Below, in pieces: positions 36,891-47,100 of a stretch of 64,000 nucleotides of DNA (its first letter is position 1; each line of letters starts with the position of its first letter). The position numbers and the translations under genes are program-made. The notes beneath the pieces are model-generated. The model did no database searches, was not told where the DNA came from, and was given only the letters and a program-made list of their open reading frames with translations. This DNA is from Oikopleura dioica. Taxonomy: Eukaryota > Animalia > Chordata. The stretch spans positions 13,392,001 through 13,456,000 of the forward strand of contig OU015567.1 in NCBI GenBank assembly GCA_907165135.1. The letters are read 5' to 3'.

Positions 36891-38233
36891 TTATCGTCGA
36901 TGGCCGCCTCTGTGGCCCCATCGTTTCTTTGCTCGTGGTTCGTCCCCTCTTCGGTCTTGGGCTTGTCTTTTGTACCCTGGGTGGTCAGGCGTGGTCGAGA
37001 ACCCGTTCTGCCGATACTCGATGTTAGAGCGTCCTCCGGTCATTACTGACCAGTCTCGCATGAAGTTTGGAAGTCGGTTGCTGCGACGGACTTCCCCGTT
37101 ATCCATGGTGAAGGCACGCAACCGGCCATTGTCCCCGACGGTGACGAGGTTGGTTCGTTGATAGTTGTCGAAGGTGGCTATGCGCGAGATTCGCTTCAAA
37201 TCCGATTCTCTCGTGAGAAAATCGTAAAGGCTATTAAGCCTCCATCGGTCTACTGTGAGTAGGGCGTCGCGATAGTTCTTCATTTTCTCCGCGTTCTCGT
37301 TAATCGCGTCACGGGTGGCTTCCGCCCATTCCAATACTTCAGCTGTTCCGCCCTCGGTTGGATAGTTATCGACCTGAAACACAAGGTAAATCAGCTGTGA
37401 CCAACTTGGTTCGTTTTACCTTCCCATTTAAGGACATCTCCGCGAGAAAATTGTCATAAGCGTCCACTGCAAACTGTGCGATTTGCGAACAGGTCACTTC
37501 CGAGCTTTTTCCTTGATAAGCTTTTCGACTGCCGCGAGAGAGTCCATATCTTGGAATACGACTCTTGTGCCCGTCTCTCCGGTGAAGCCGACTGCGTAGA
37601 CGAATCGTACGTGGAGGACAAATCCCTGCATTTCCGGCGGCCCCTTCAGCGTCAAGGCGAACAACTCCTTCTGCGCCCAGTTCAGGAGAGCAGCGAATGG
37701 AGGCGAAACAGGCAAATGCACTCGCTATAATTGCAAGGTAAAATTAAGTCCGTTTTTGCCAAACTTACGTTCTCTGGTAGAGCGCATACTCCTCTGTCCA
37801 CTTCGCTCATTCTAGTCATCCATCGGTCTAGATATTCGAGGAATTCTTTAACCTCCGGTTTCGATCTAACTTTGCCGACGAAGCTGAGTTGTTCAAATTC
37901 TCGCATGAAGCTTCCGGGTCGGATTCCCGCTTTTAACTTGAGGATGATCGCGTCGTCCTTCGAGTCGGAGCGTTGTTGTTCCAATTCGGCAATCTGAGAT
38001 TTAGATGCCAATTTATTTTCGTCGATTTGATCCTCGACTTCGAGAAAGCTTGGCAGGAAGCCAGCTTTCGAGGCCGAGCCGTTATTGGCTGCGGTGGATG
38101 ACTCATCCATTTTTTGCGACTCATCCTTGTCGGGAGTTTCTGGAGCTCCGGAGTTTTCTTCGGCGATTTTTACGTCGCTCATTTTAGCCGCCAGTGATTG
38201 GTTCGCTGTGGTTGGTTTCCCGACAAAGACCAT
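36891..38233 (-). CDS. Retrotransposon cargo gene S1 (sense strand, intron-containing), unknown function
   Basis: ORFs 37682-38233, 37494-37721 and 36891-37382 are linked by GT-AG introns 37725-37768 and 37374-37419. The junction near 37475-37530 is unresolved (short GA-AG or GT-AG intron, or frameshift). Confidence 0.6.
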
Positions 38234-38304
38234 GATTCAACCGTCTAAAAGTGATATTTTTTAGAGAAGCTGAGGAGCTGAGGCATGTCCGCACGAATTC
38301 TGCA

Positions 38305-39287
38305 ATGCTTGCCTTACAGGCGAATGCAGCTGGTAGAAATTACGATTACAGTCAATTTGAATATAATCTACAATCGCCACACATGCGAAGATCTCAACGT
38401 GTGCCCGGCTACAAAGCTAGATTTAACAATATTGGTTTACTCCGCAGGGCATTCGATTCGCCTGGTCTTACTGAGGCGGTTCTTTTTACTGGCACTTTCA
38501 CCGCCAACGCGACTTTTAGAGGTAGTTACGAAACAGTATAAGTTTTAGGAATCTAAATGTATTACTAGATCTCGACCACCCGGAGGGTTTACGACTGCCT
38601 GTACAAGTGAAAGTTATTGGCATGGACACGCACAACTCAGTGGATTTCCGCGACATGTTCGACGCCTTCTGTGAAGCTGTTTTCGATCTGAAGGCGGAAA
38701 TGGACGAAAACCCTCACATTCGGTTAAAGATTACGCCTGATATGCACACTTACGCGTTGAGGTGACATTTCTTATTCTTAGCGCGAACATAATATCATTT
38801 TTATATAGAAATCTATTAAACCGAGCCCTGACGTGCTTGACCATGACATCTGACGAAGCGCTGGACTGCCTCGAGCGAACAGGTGAACAAAACGAGTCGA
38901 GGGGTGGTCGAACTAAATTCTTTTTTAGGGTTCTACTCGTTCGAAACTGCCATCCAGACTGGATCCTTTTCCACGTTTGGCTTCGACAAATACGCTATGC
39001 TTTACCTTTTTGTCTACTCGTTCGTGAAGGTGTGACCGGGTTCGTTCTCGTGGATCACTAAATGTTGATTTTAGAACATGCATCCCTCGCGATCTGGTGT
39101 CTCTCGTCGCCATATTCCCGCTCTACTTGTGTTCAAAGCCGAAGCAGGGGACAACGAAGCGTTTCTTACCCGGTTGCAAAATTGCGTAAGAATTTTCGGC
39201 GATCCCAGCCAGCTCCTCAATTTGACTAGCGTCTCCCGAGCTAATCGTGATTACGGTATTGTCCAACTCATTGTGACCATCTCCTGA
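38305..39287 (+). CDS. Retrotransposon cargo gene B1 (antisense, 5 exons, about 265 aa), unknown function
   Basis: GT-AG introns 38522-38568, 38762-38808, 38883-38928 and 39030-39074 (45-47 nt) all preserve one reading frame. Start codon uncertain. Confidence 0.72.
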
Positions 39288-39305
39288 AAGATTCTTTTAG
39301 TTGCC

Positions 39306-39942
39306 ATGCGATTTCGACCCGACCAGAAGTTCTGGACGCAGCATCAACTTGACGCTCTGCGATTTTTCGCCATGTATCTGTTTCTCAACAACGAGGTTCA
39401 CCAGTTCTTGGGCAACGTAAGTACCTTGAGCGTAGACGGCGCACAATTCATCCAGCATGGAATTTCCTGACGTTGACGATTCGTTAAGGACGAAATCACC
39501 GCCAACCTCTGCCTCGTTATCCACTGGATGGTCAGCCATCCTGAATCCCGAAGACTCGTCCTAAAATATGGTTTTTACCGATTATTGGTACGATATGTTT
39601 CGGGAGCCTCTGCTATTCCACTACCTTTCCGCACTGTAAAGTACCAAGGGGTAATCTACACGGCTTTCCCCTATGATTGCTTCCAGATGGAACGTAAGTA
39701 ATTACTTGATTGACGATAGCTAAGATTTAATTTTAGGGATGTGTAAGCTCGTCCCTCAAGGTTTGGGCGAGTTGTGGGTTGGAACGCTGTTAGTACAACG
39801 CTATCCTAATGGTTTGCCACGTGATGGGAAGATTCCCGAGTTCCCTATTCCCGAGATCGACGGTCGTCAGCCCGCTGGCAACGCCTGCCTACCGATACAT
39901 CCCGATACGTTGGACCTTGCTCGCTTATCTTTCCAGAATTAA
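39306..39942 (+). CDS. Retrotransposon cargo gene B2 (antisense, 3 exons, 173 aa), unknown function
   Basis: ATG 39306; GT-AG introns 39417-39488 and 39694-39736 in frame; preceded by TTCTTTTAG 5 nt before the ATG. Confidence 0.72.
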
Positions 39943-40072
39943 CGATTACCTTTACATTCCAAGCTCGCTGCTGTTCTGCGTTAAATTTCTGCATTCTGCG
40001 TACTTCTCTTGCTAATTGTATGCATTCGAAGGCTTTTTCCGATTTCAATGTTTCTCGTGCTAAAATACATTC

Positions 40073-40354
40073 CTACGAATTCGACTCTATAAAATAAACT
40101 CTGAAAATTAATGAAATCGTTCCTGAACTTCCGTCCTTTGTTAGTTCTTCCATTATCGCTTTTGCCAAGCCGGCTTGGCCAATTGCGCCGGCTTCTTTCA
40201 CGGTCGCCATGAGATAGTCCACGCCTTTGTTGAAGAAGAAAGATTGCTTCGATGCAAATCTTTCCGTTTGCGCGAGAGGCTTCAGGCGCTTTGGGGTCGA
40301 AAAGCAGAAACCGTTGCAGTCCTCTTCGCGGCTGCGCTTTTTGAAACTCTCCAT
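40073..40354 (-). CDS. Possible cargo gene C1 (MESFKKRSREE...TPKRLKP); may splice further to ORF 39845-40048
   Basis: ATG directly after CCTTAG-A; basic NLS-like N-terminus; downstream splicing not resolved. Confidence 0.4.
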   Translation of the reverse strand: MESFKKRSREEDCNGFCFSTPKRLKPLAQTERFASKQSFFFNKGVDYLMATVKEAGAIGQAGLAKAIMEELTKDGSSGTISLIFRVYFIESNS

Positions 40355-40718
40355 TCTAAGGGCGTAAATGTTTACGTAAACCGTTTTAGTTTTACAGAGA
40401 ACGAAAAATTTCAGCGAAGATTATGTTTTGACTATGTTTTGCGCGCTTCTTTTTCGGTCTGCGACCTCTTTTCGCTATCTGAATTCCCACTTTTAGAATG
40501 CATTTCCGTTTAAGTGCTTACCAGTTTTTAAATTCGGTTACGCCATCGCCTGCGACGTCCATTTCGTTTAGGAGCGCGTTTATTTCCGCTTCCGCCTTCT
40601 TTCGCTCTTGGTAGTTCCGTTGGAGATTATATAGAGCCACGATCAATCGCTGGCGGAGGTGAGCCTCATTCGACGGGTTTTCCAGCGCTCTCTAAAGTAA
40701 AAATTTTTTAAGTTCTTC

Positions 40719-40988
40719 CTAAATCTTTGACTCATTTATACATACCACGTCATGAAACGAGAGTTTCTCTCCACATGTCGGGCAAGGAACCTCTTTGTCG
40801 TCAATGATCGCACCGATCCGTTCTCGGAGGCATGGAAAACATGCGTCCAAGCATCGCTGGTGATTGTTCGTTCCGACCAGTTGCGGCTGCTTCTTGTCAT
40901 CAAACGGCTCGTGGCATTCTTTACAGAAGTCCGATTTTAGCAGCAAGTTTTTCCATGGTTCTGAGACGAGTTTCGGTTTCTCTGACAT
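40719..40988 (-). CDS. Cargo RING-finger-like small protein (89 aa from first ATG)
   Basis: CKEC-x-P-x-L-x-H-x2-C-x3-C-x2-C-x15-CPTC, a degenerate RING arrangement. Confidence 0.6.
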   Translation of the reverse strand: MSEKPKLVSEPWKNLLLKSDFCKECHEPFDDKKQPQLVGTNNHQRCLDACFPCLRERIGAIIDDKEVPCPTCGEKLSFHDVVCINESKI

Positions 40989-41102
40989 CTTCTCCGACTT
41001 CGAGAATGAATTGAGCGAGAGTAACCGTTTATTAGTTTTAGACGGTCGCCTGATTTTTCGATCCACGCAACTGCCGCCTCCGTTTTAATTTCTTCGAGGC
41101 TA

Positions 41103-42234
41103 ATGCCGCGCGCGAAGCCAGCTTCCCGTGGGTCGCCTATTCCGACCCGTGGTCGTCTCAAAAGGAAAGGGCTTCACGATTCTACCGACCCCCTGATGAC
41201 TTCTAGCGCTCCAGAACGGAAACGAGTCAAACAAGCACTTGGTAAGTCGCATATCTTGACTTTTCTAAGCGTATCCCAGCAAATTCGCGGAATACCCTTG
41301 CTCTCAAGGCCTGCAAACGGAAACTTCATGAGCTCGAACACACTATTTCTCAGTCCCCAAACGCTAAACGACCATTTTCGAAGAAGACGGATTCTCCCGG
41401 CGAGTACAGTCCCATTCCCGCAGATCCAACCCCATCGGAAAGCGGGTATATGGATTTATCTCTTTCCTCCGGGTGCAGTGACCCTCTTCTTGGCTACATC
41501 GATCAAGCGTTTCGCATCGCCAAAAGTGCCTCTAGATCACGGTCTTTCACGCAACCGGAGTTGACTTGCTCTCCAACGAACTTTCGTCCTGACTTTGGCG
41601 ACATTACACCATATGGGTAATGAAAGACCATTTTCCGTGTCTAAACTTCTAACGTATTTAGGCGCAAACTATCATCTGTCGCTGCGTTTTTCCCCGAATT
41701 TGACCACACTCTTCTCTGCCTCTTCCGGCCCGAAAATGACTTGTACGTTCCCCACAAGCTCTACGATTTACGAAAGCAGTTCTGTGGTCCGTATTCTTCG
41801 ACCGAAGTAGAACAGGCCCGGGCTAATCAACCGTATTCTTGTTTCGAGCCACTATTCCGGTAATTGACTTTACGCTTGCCTGGAAACTAATGGTATTCTT
41901 AAGCTATCTTGGACAGTGCTTGGAAGCCATGGAGATGGGCATATTCCTCGAGTTTGAACTCAAGGTTCCGCCTCGCGCTCTGTTTCACCCGCCGTCTGAT
42001 TTCACAGAAGAGCAGGTCGTGTTTGGCAAGCAGCTTGCCACAACCGTAACCGTCTTTATGGAGCATCTCCAACGGTATTTCATGGTCGAGCAGCTGATAG
42101 CCGCATTTGATAGCGGTGTGATACGCGCGAACCATTCTGAAATATCCTCTGCTGCCACCCGCCTTGTTCATCTGTTTTACGATCTGCATTTCCAGGGCGA
42201 GCGCCCTCCTTTTTCGCTTTATAAATCGCTCTGA
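41103..42234 (+). CDS. Retrotransposon cargo gene A1 (antisense, 5 exons, 323 aa) with basic N-terminus
   Basis: GT-AG introns 41242-41279, 41446-41478, 41617-41661 and 41860-41903 give 972 nt in one frame. Confidence 0.72.
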
Positions 42235-42251
42235 CTGTCCGTTACCATCAA

Positions 42252-43955
42252 ATGTCCTTGTTTTATTTACCACAGTTCATCCGCTCATATTACAAAATGC
42301 GCAAAGCCGAAATTGAAGAAGAAACTTTAGAATTCAACTCTCCGAATGGTGCTTTTCTGCCGAATTCCGTTGCGACCTACCGCGACGAAATCCGCGACAT
42401 CGAAGCTCAACTCGACCAACTCTCTTACGGAAAAGGACCGAACTTGCCCGGGATACCAGCAATCGACCGCATCATCATCCGCCGCACTGAGAAGAGGCTC
42501 CAGCACCGACTGAAGAAGGTCCGCAAGCGTGCCGCTGAGTGGAAACCCCTTCCGAGGCCCAAATGTAACGCCAGCCCTGTCAAATCCGCTCTCGTCTCTA
42601 CCTGCTTCGACCTTTTCGGCCGCATCTTGTGGCTTGGCCTCTGGGTTGGGCTCCTTTTCTGGCTGCTCAAGGTCACCGGCCTGTGGTATCTTCTCGTGTG
42701 GATATATCAAGCCTTCTGTTTTCTCGTCGATGGAGTGGTAAGTGTTCATTTTATTCACCGGTGATAAGCGTTTTTCCAGCTCTGGTGCGTCTCCTGGCTT
42801 GGAGGCGATGATGGAATTGAGGAACAGCCTCACGTCTCGTCTTTCAATGTCACTTCCTTAACGGAGGAAACCGTTGCCACTGTCAGTGAATCCGCCGTTG
42901 GCCAGTACGTCTCTGCGATCGATTTCTCCCAGTTGAAGAAGAAGTTTGTTCCTGAATGGTTGACTTCCTTCTTCGATCGGTTCTTCGGGGATTCCGCCGA
43001 ATATTCTTTCTTCCCGACTGCCGAGGAAGTCTCTAAACATGTACGAGTGCCGGTCCGAGAACGGCGATGGATAAACGACGAATTCGAAGATGTTCCTACT
43101 TTGTACAATCCTCCCCGACGATATCCACCCAATCGATACGATGTGTGGCGGCCCGATTCTCAGTCCGACAACAATCCCGTCGACGACCCTGAGTGGCGAT
43201 TCGGAGGGGCAAAGCCTATCGTTTGGTAAATATCCATCATAAATTTTCATTAAAAACATTTTTTATTGTATTGGTAAAACGATAAACGTATTCTTTAGGT
43301 TCGGGTGCATCTTCGGATTCATATGTTTGCTCACTATCGGAATTTGCTGGCGTTTTGAGGAATGTTGCGAAGCGATGGCTGGATGCTTCCCTAAAGCCGA
43401 TGAGAGCAATCGAGCACGAATGAGACGCGAAGAGAGAAAGAACGCCAAATCGAAACACAAGCTTGATAAGCTTACCGCAGCTGCTGAAATCCGCTTCAAC
43501 GAGCTCAATACGAAACAACAGATTTACAACACCCAAGCTTCCTTTCTCATGGACAATCTCACCAACGCTCAGGCCGTCGTGCACCAGCAAACAGTCTCCG
43601 GGGGCCAAGTTTCCCCTCAAGCGCTAGCCCAAGTACAGAGTGCCTTTGACGCGCTCCAAAAATTCCAGGCAAATGGTCCCGAAGACCTCGTTCCTGAGGA
43701 AGAAGAGAAAACAGGCCTACTGGCCCGAATTAAACGAGTTGATCCACTAAAGGTAACGATTCCAATTAATCTCTAATTTCTGACCAAGATGTTCAGCGCG
43801 TATCGGCCAAGAAAACTTCGAAAGACGACCAGATTACTGTCGCAGTAACTACCAACGCCCCTACTCCATCATCGAGTGCTACTGTCGTGACAAACGAGCC
43901 TACTGCTCCAGTTAATGCTAACGGTGGGCAACTTCCCCCTGCATGGGGCAACTAA
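42252..43955 (+). CDS. Retrotransposon cargo gene A2 (antisense, 4 exons, about 500 aa) with two hydrophobic segments and a coiled-coil-like region
   Basis: GT-AG introns 42738-42779, 43226-43298 and 43753-43796 join ORFs 42252, 42933 and 43327. Hydrophobic ILWLGLWVGLLFWLLKVTGLWYLLVWIYQAFCFLV and IVWFGCIFGFICLLTIGICW. Start is ATG 42252 or 42297. Confidence 0.72.
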
Positions 43956-44136
43956 CTTATCGGATACCTTTTCCTGCGCCTTCTCTCGTTAACACTTACC
44001 CTGCCTGTACATATGCTTATTGCGAAATACATGCGAAATTACAAACTCGTTAGACTACTGCATTTTCGACAAGTGTGAGCTACAACGATTAAGCGAGATT
44101 TTGATTTTTTATTTTTGAGGAACTGAGGAAATGGGG

Positions 44137-47100
44137 TTACACGTAAGGGTCTGGCATGTTTTTTCCATATGGCCATATTTTCTTATCCGTAACTGTGCTT
44201 CTCGGCTTCAGATGTTCCACCATCGACAACTCTTCTACTTCGTTCAGAAATACCAGCATCGCCTTTGTGTACTCGTTCATGTCGTCTTCGTTCCTGTTGT
44301 CGCCATCTACCACCGCTTTTATGCTTTTGAAGCACCAGGTATAATGCTTAATATTCTCGAGCCCCATTCGCTTCGTACCTATCTGACCCGACATCCAATC
44401 TATACCATTCGGAATTTCCGCTGTTTTTGTGATCTTAAACCATGGGTGCCTTTTATTTTTGTCGTAATTACCTTCTATTAATACGAAGTCACCCAATTTG
44501 ATCGGACTTACCACTTCTCCGCCGTACTTATCCCCTTTTTCGAATGGCTTCAGAACAAGAGGGTCCCTGATTCTGCCGGGCGTTTTCAGTCTCGTCTCCG
44601 CATTCCTTGATCTGTTTCTAGCTTTGCTAACGAATTCCCGTATCTTTGCCAGATCCACGTTTATCGATTTGCCGTCAGATGTCCTTCTATCGGTCCAGAC
44701 TTCCATTGGCGAGTATCCATGGGCACTCACTGTCCGATTCACCGAATCCGCTACCGTAAGTTCCATTATGTTTGGACTTCTTTTATTCCAAATTTCGGCT
44801 TGAAGCGTTGGGCTCAGCTTCGCAATCCGGCTGTCGAGCGGCGCGAGGTAGTTCTTCGAAGTGCTCGGTTTGCTTGGAAGCACGAATTCGACGTTCAAAT
44901 CTTTCCAGAACTCCCGATTTCTGATGCTCTTATTTACGGAGCTTCCGTCCATGATCACTTTTACCTTACCGTTTAAACGAAGGCCTCTGTCGAAATCGTT
45001 TATTGCTTTCAGCATAATTTCCGAGCCCTTCACACTATTGTTTTCTGAATTTTTTACATTGTATATTCGTGAGTAGCCTGACAGAATGCAGGAGACTATG
45101 TAAAACTTCATTGTAGATTCGTCATGATTTCTGTGTGCGTTCCTCGTGATAACGTCGGCCAGCAGCACCTCTCCGACATGTTTTGCATCCAGGTCATCGT
45201 ATTCGAGTTCCTCTGTCACGATTTTCTTCCGATTTCTCTGGTAAGTGCATGAGAGGCAATTGTTGACGACGTTGGCGGCTATCGCATCCAGTTTCGGAAA
45301 CCAGACTTCGCTCTTCATGAGGTTTTTCAATCTTGTGATTGTTCCGCAGTTACCTCGGTGGAAGGCTTTCGCCACCGCCGGTCCCAAAGCTTCCGGAATA
45401 ACAATCGGGTTGCAGATTCTTGTGCCCACCATTATTTTTCTTTTTCGTAGAATCTTTGGTTCCCCATCGCTATCCAAGGTTGTGCTCCCTCGCAGGCTTT
45501 CCGCGCGTCTGTCTTTTGGTCCTGGCATTTTTCCTTTCGGACTCTTGGACTCGATCACCCTGCTGAGAATCGGATCCCCATCTTGGATACGCCTGATCAA
45601 GTGGCGATCCCGAAGGAATCCTACTCCATCGAATGCCAGTATCTCTTTTTCGAAGTCTTGCTCAGTCTTCCGGCTCTTCTGCGACTTCCTGACGTCTCTT
45701 TTAACTTTGCTTCGCGTGACAATTGCGTCGACTTCTGCCGCTCTTCTTTTCCAGCTGCTAACTAAACGTGTTTTCAGGGATCCTTGAAGGGCCCGGAACG
45801 CCAATTCGTCCTCGAGCGCGAAGACCTCCTCGAATCGCTCAAAATCCACCGCTGGAATCGATACGAAGCTGCTAATATCCAACCCTTCTTCGAACAAGCA
45901 GTTCAATGAATCGCTGGACGAGCAGATCGCGCAGTTGTTGTCACAGTCCTTCAACAGGTAATCCGTGCGTGAGATAAAGTCCGCTAAATCAATCTGGGTA
46001 GACTCACCTTTTTCGTACACCACCTCGACGTCGAAATTTAATAGTTTGACGATTTGGTCGTTTATTCGTTTATCGAGGCTCAGCTCCTTTCCCATGCGGG
46101 CTCTATCGAAAAGCTTCTTCACGCTGAGAGAGTCAGTAATGATTACCACCGGTTTATCCACAAAATCGATTTCCCAGCAAAATGCGAGAGTTGCCGACAA
46201 GATTCCATGGAGTTCCAACTGGCAAGAGCTCCACTGCGTTTTTAGTTGCGCATCCCCTCTCTTTCGTGACCAGAGTTTCACGATTTGCGTTTTATCCCCC
46301 TTCTTTTGATAGAGATAACCTCCTGACCCTAGATTCGAGCTGTCCACGACTAAATACGTATCTAGGTCTTTTTCAATTGGATATAAGCTAATCATCTGGT
46401 CATTAATTGCTCTTGCCAACTTGTTGTAACACTCCTTCAGCTCGACAGTCCACGCTACCGCATCGCTCAACTTCTTCTGGCCGGAAGCTGCTTCGTTCAA
46501 CTTCCACATCAACTCCGTCCGTCTTGGCAGGCCTATAGATAGGTAATTTATGATGCCGATGTAGCGTTTTAGCTGTTTTACTGTCCTAATTGTGTCTGGG
46601 TTCTCCGCTAGCGCTTTCTTCAAAACGTGATTCGACGGGCAAATCTGACCATTCTTGACCTTTCTACCTAGAAGTACTATTTCTTTGGACGCGATGACGC
46701 ATTTAGAGCCTTTGAGCCGCAAATTTCTATACATTAATGTCTTGAAAACCTTTCTTAGTCGGTCTTTTAGTTCTTCGAAATTACCCGCTACTATTAAAAA
46801 ATCGTCCATGTAAATGCTAGTGTATTCTAGGTGATCGTACATAATTCTAGTAATCATCTCGCGGGCCAGGACTGGGCTTGAGACCCAGCCCATCGGAAGT
46901 CTTCGATATGCTAATTCACCGACTTTCGGATGAAGGATGACGAAGTGCTTCCAGAGCTCCTCCTCAATGTCAAAACAGTGGAACATCGAACTAATATCCA
47001 CCTGTACTACGTAACCCTTCCTCGTAAACGGAGCAGATAATTGCAAGATCCGTTCAATACTGTCTGTCTGTCTTGCCACGTGTTCCGTCTTGTCATTAAT

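Noticed and set aside
39000-39560. Minus-strand ORFs 38925-39113 and 39297-39539 inside the retrotransposon
   Set aside because: They are antisense shadows of plus-strand exons B1/B2, which have consistent in-frame GT-AG introns; no coherent minus-strand splice model.
40175-40513. Plus-strand ORF that might be a third gene of the B operon
   Set aside because: No ATG or in-frame upstream exon found, and it overlaps the better-looking minus ORF C1; left unresolved.
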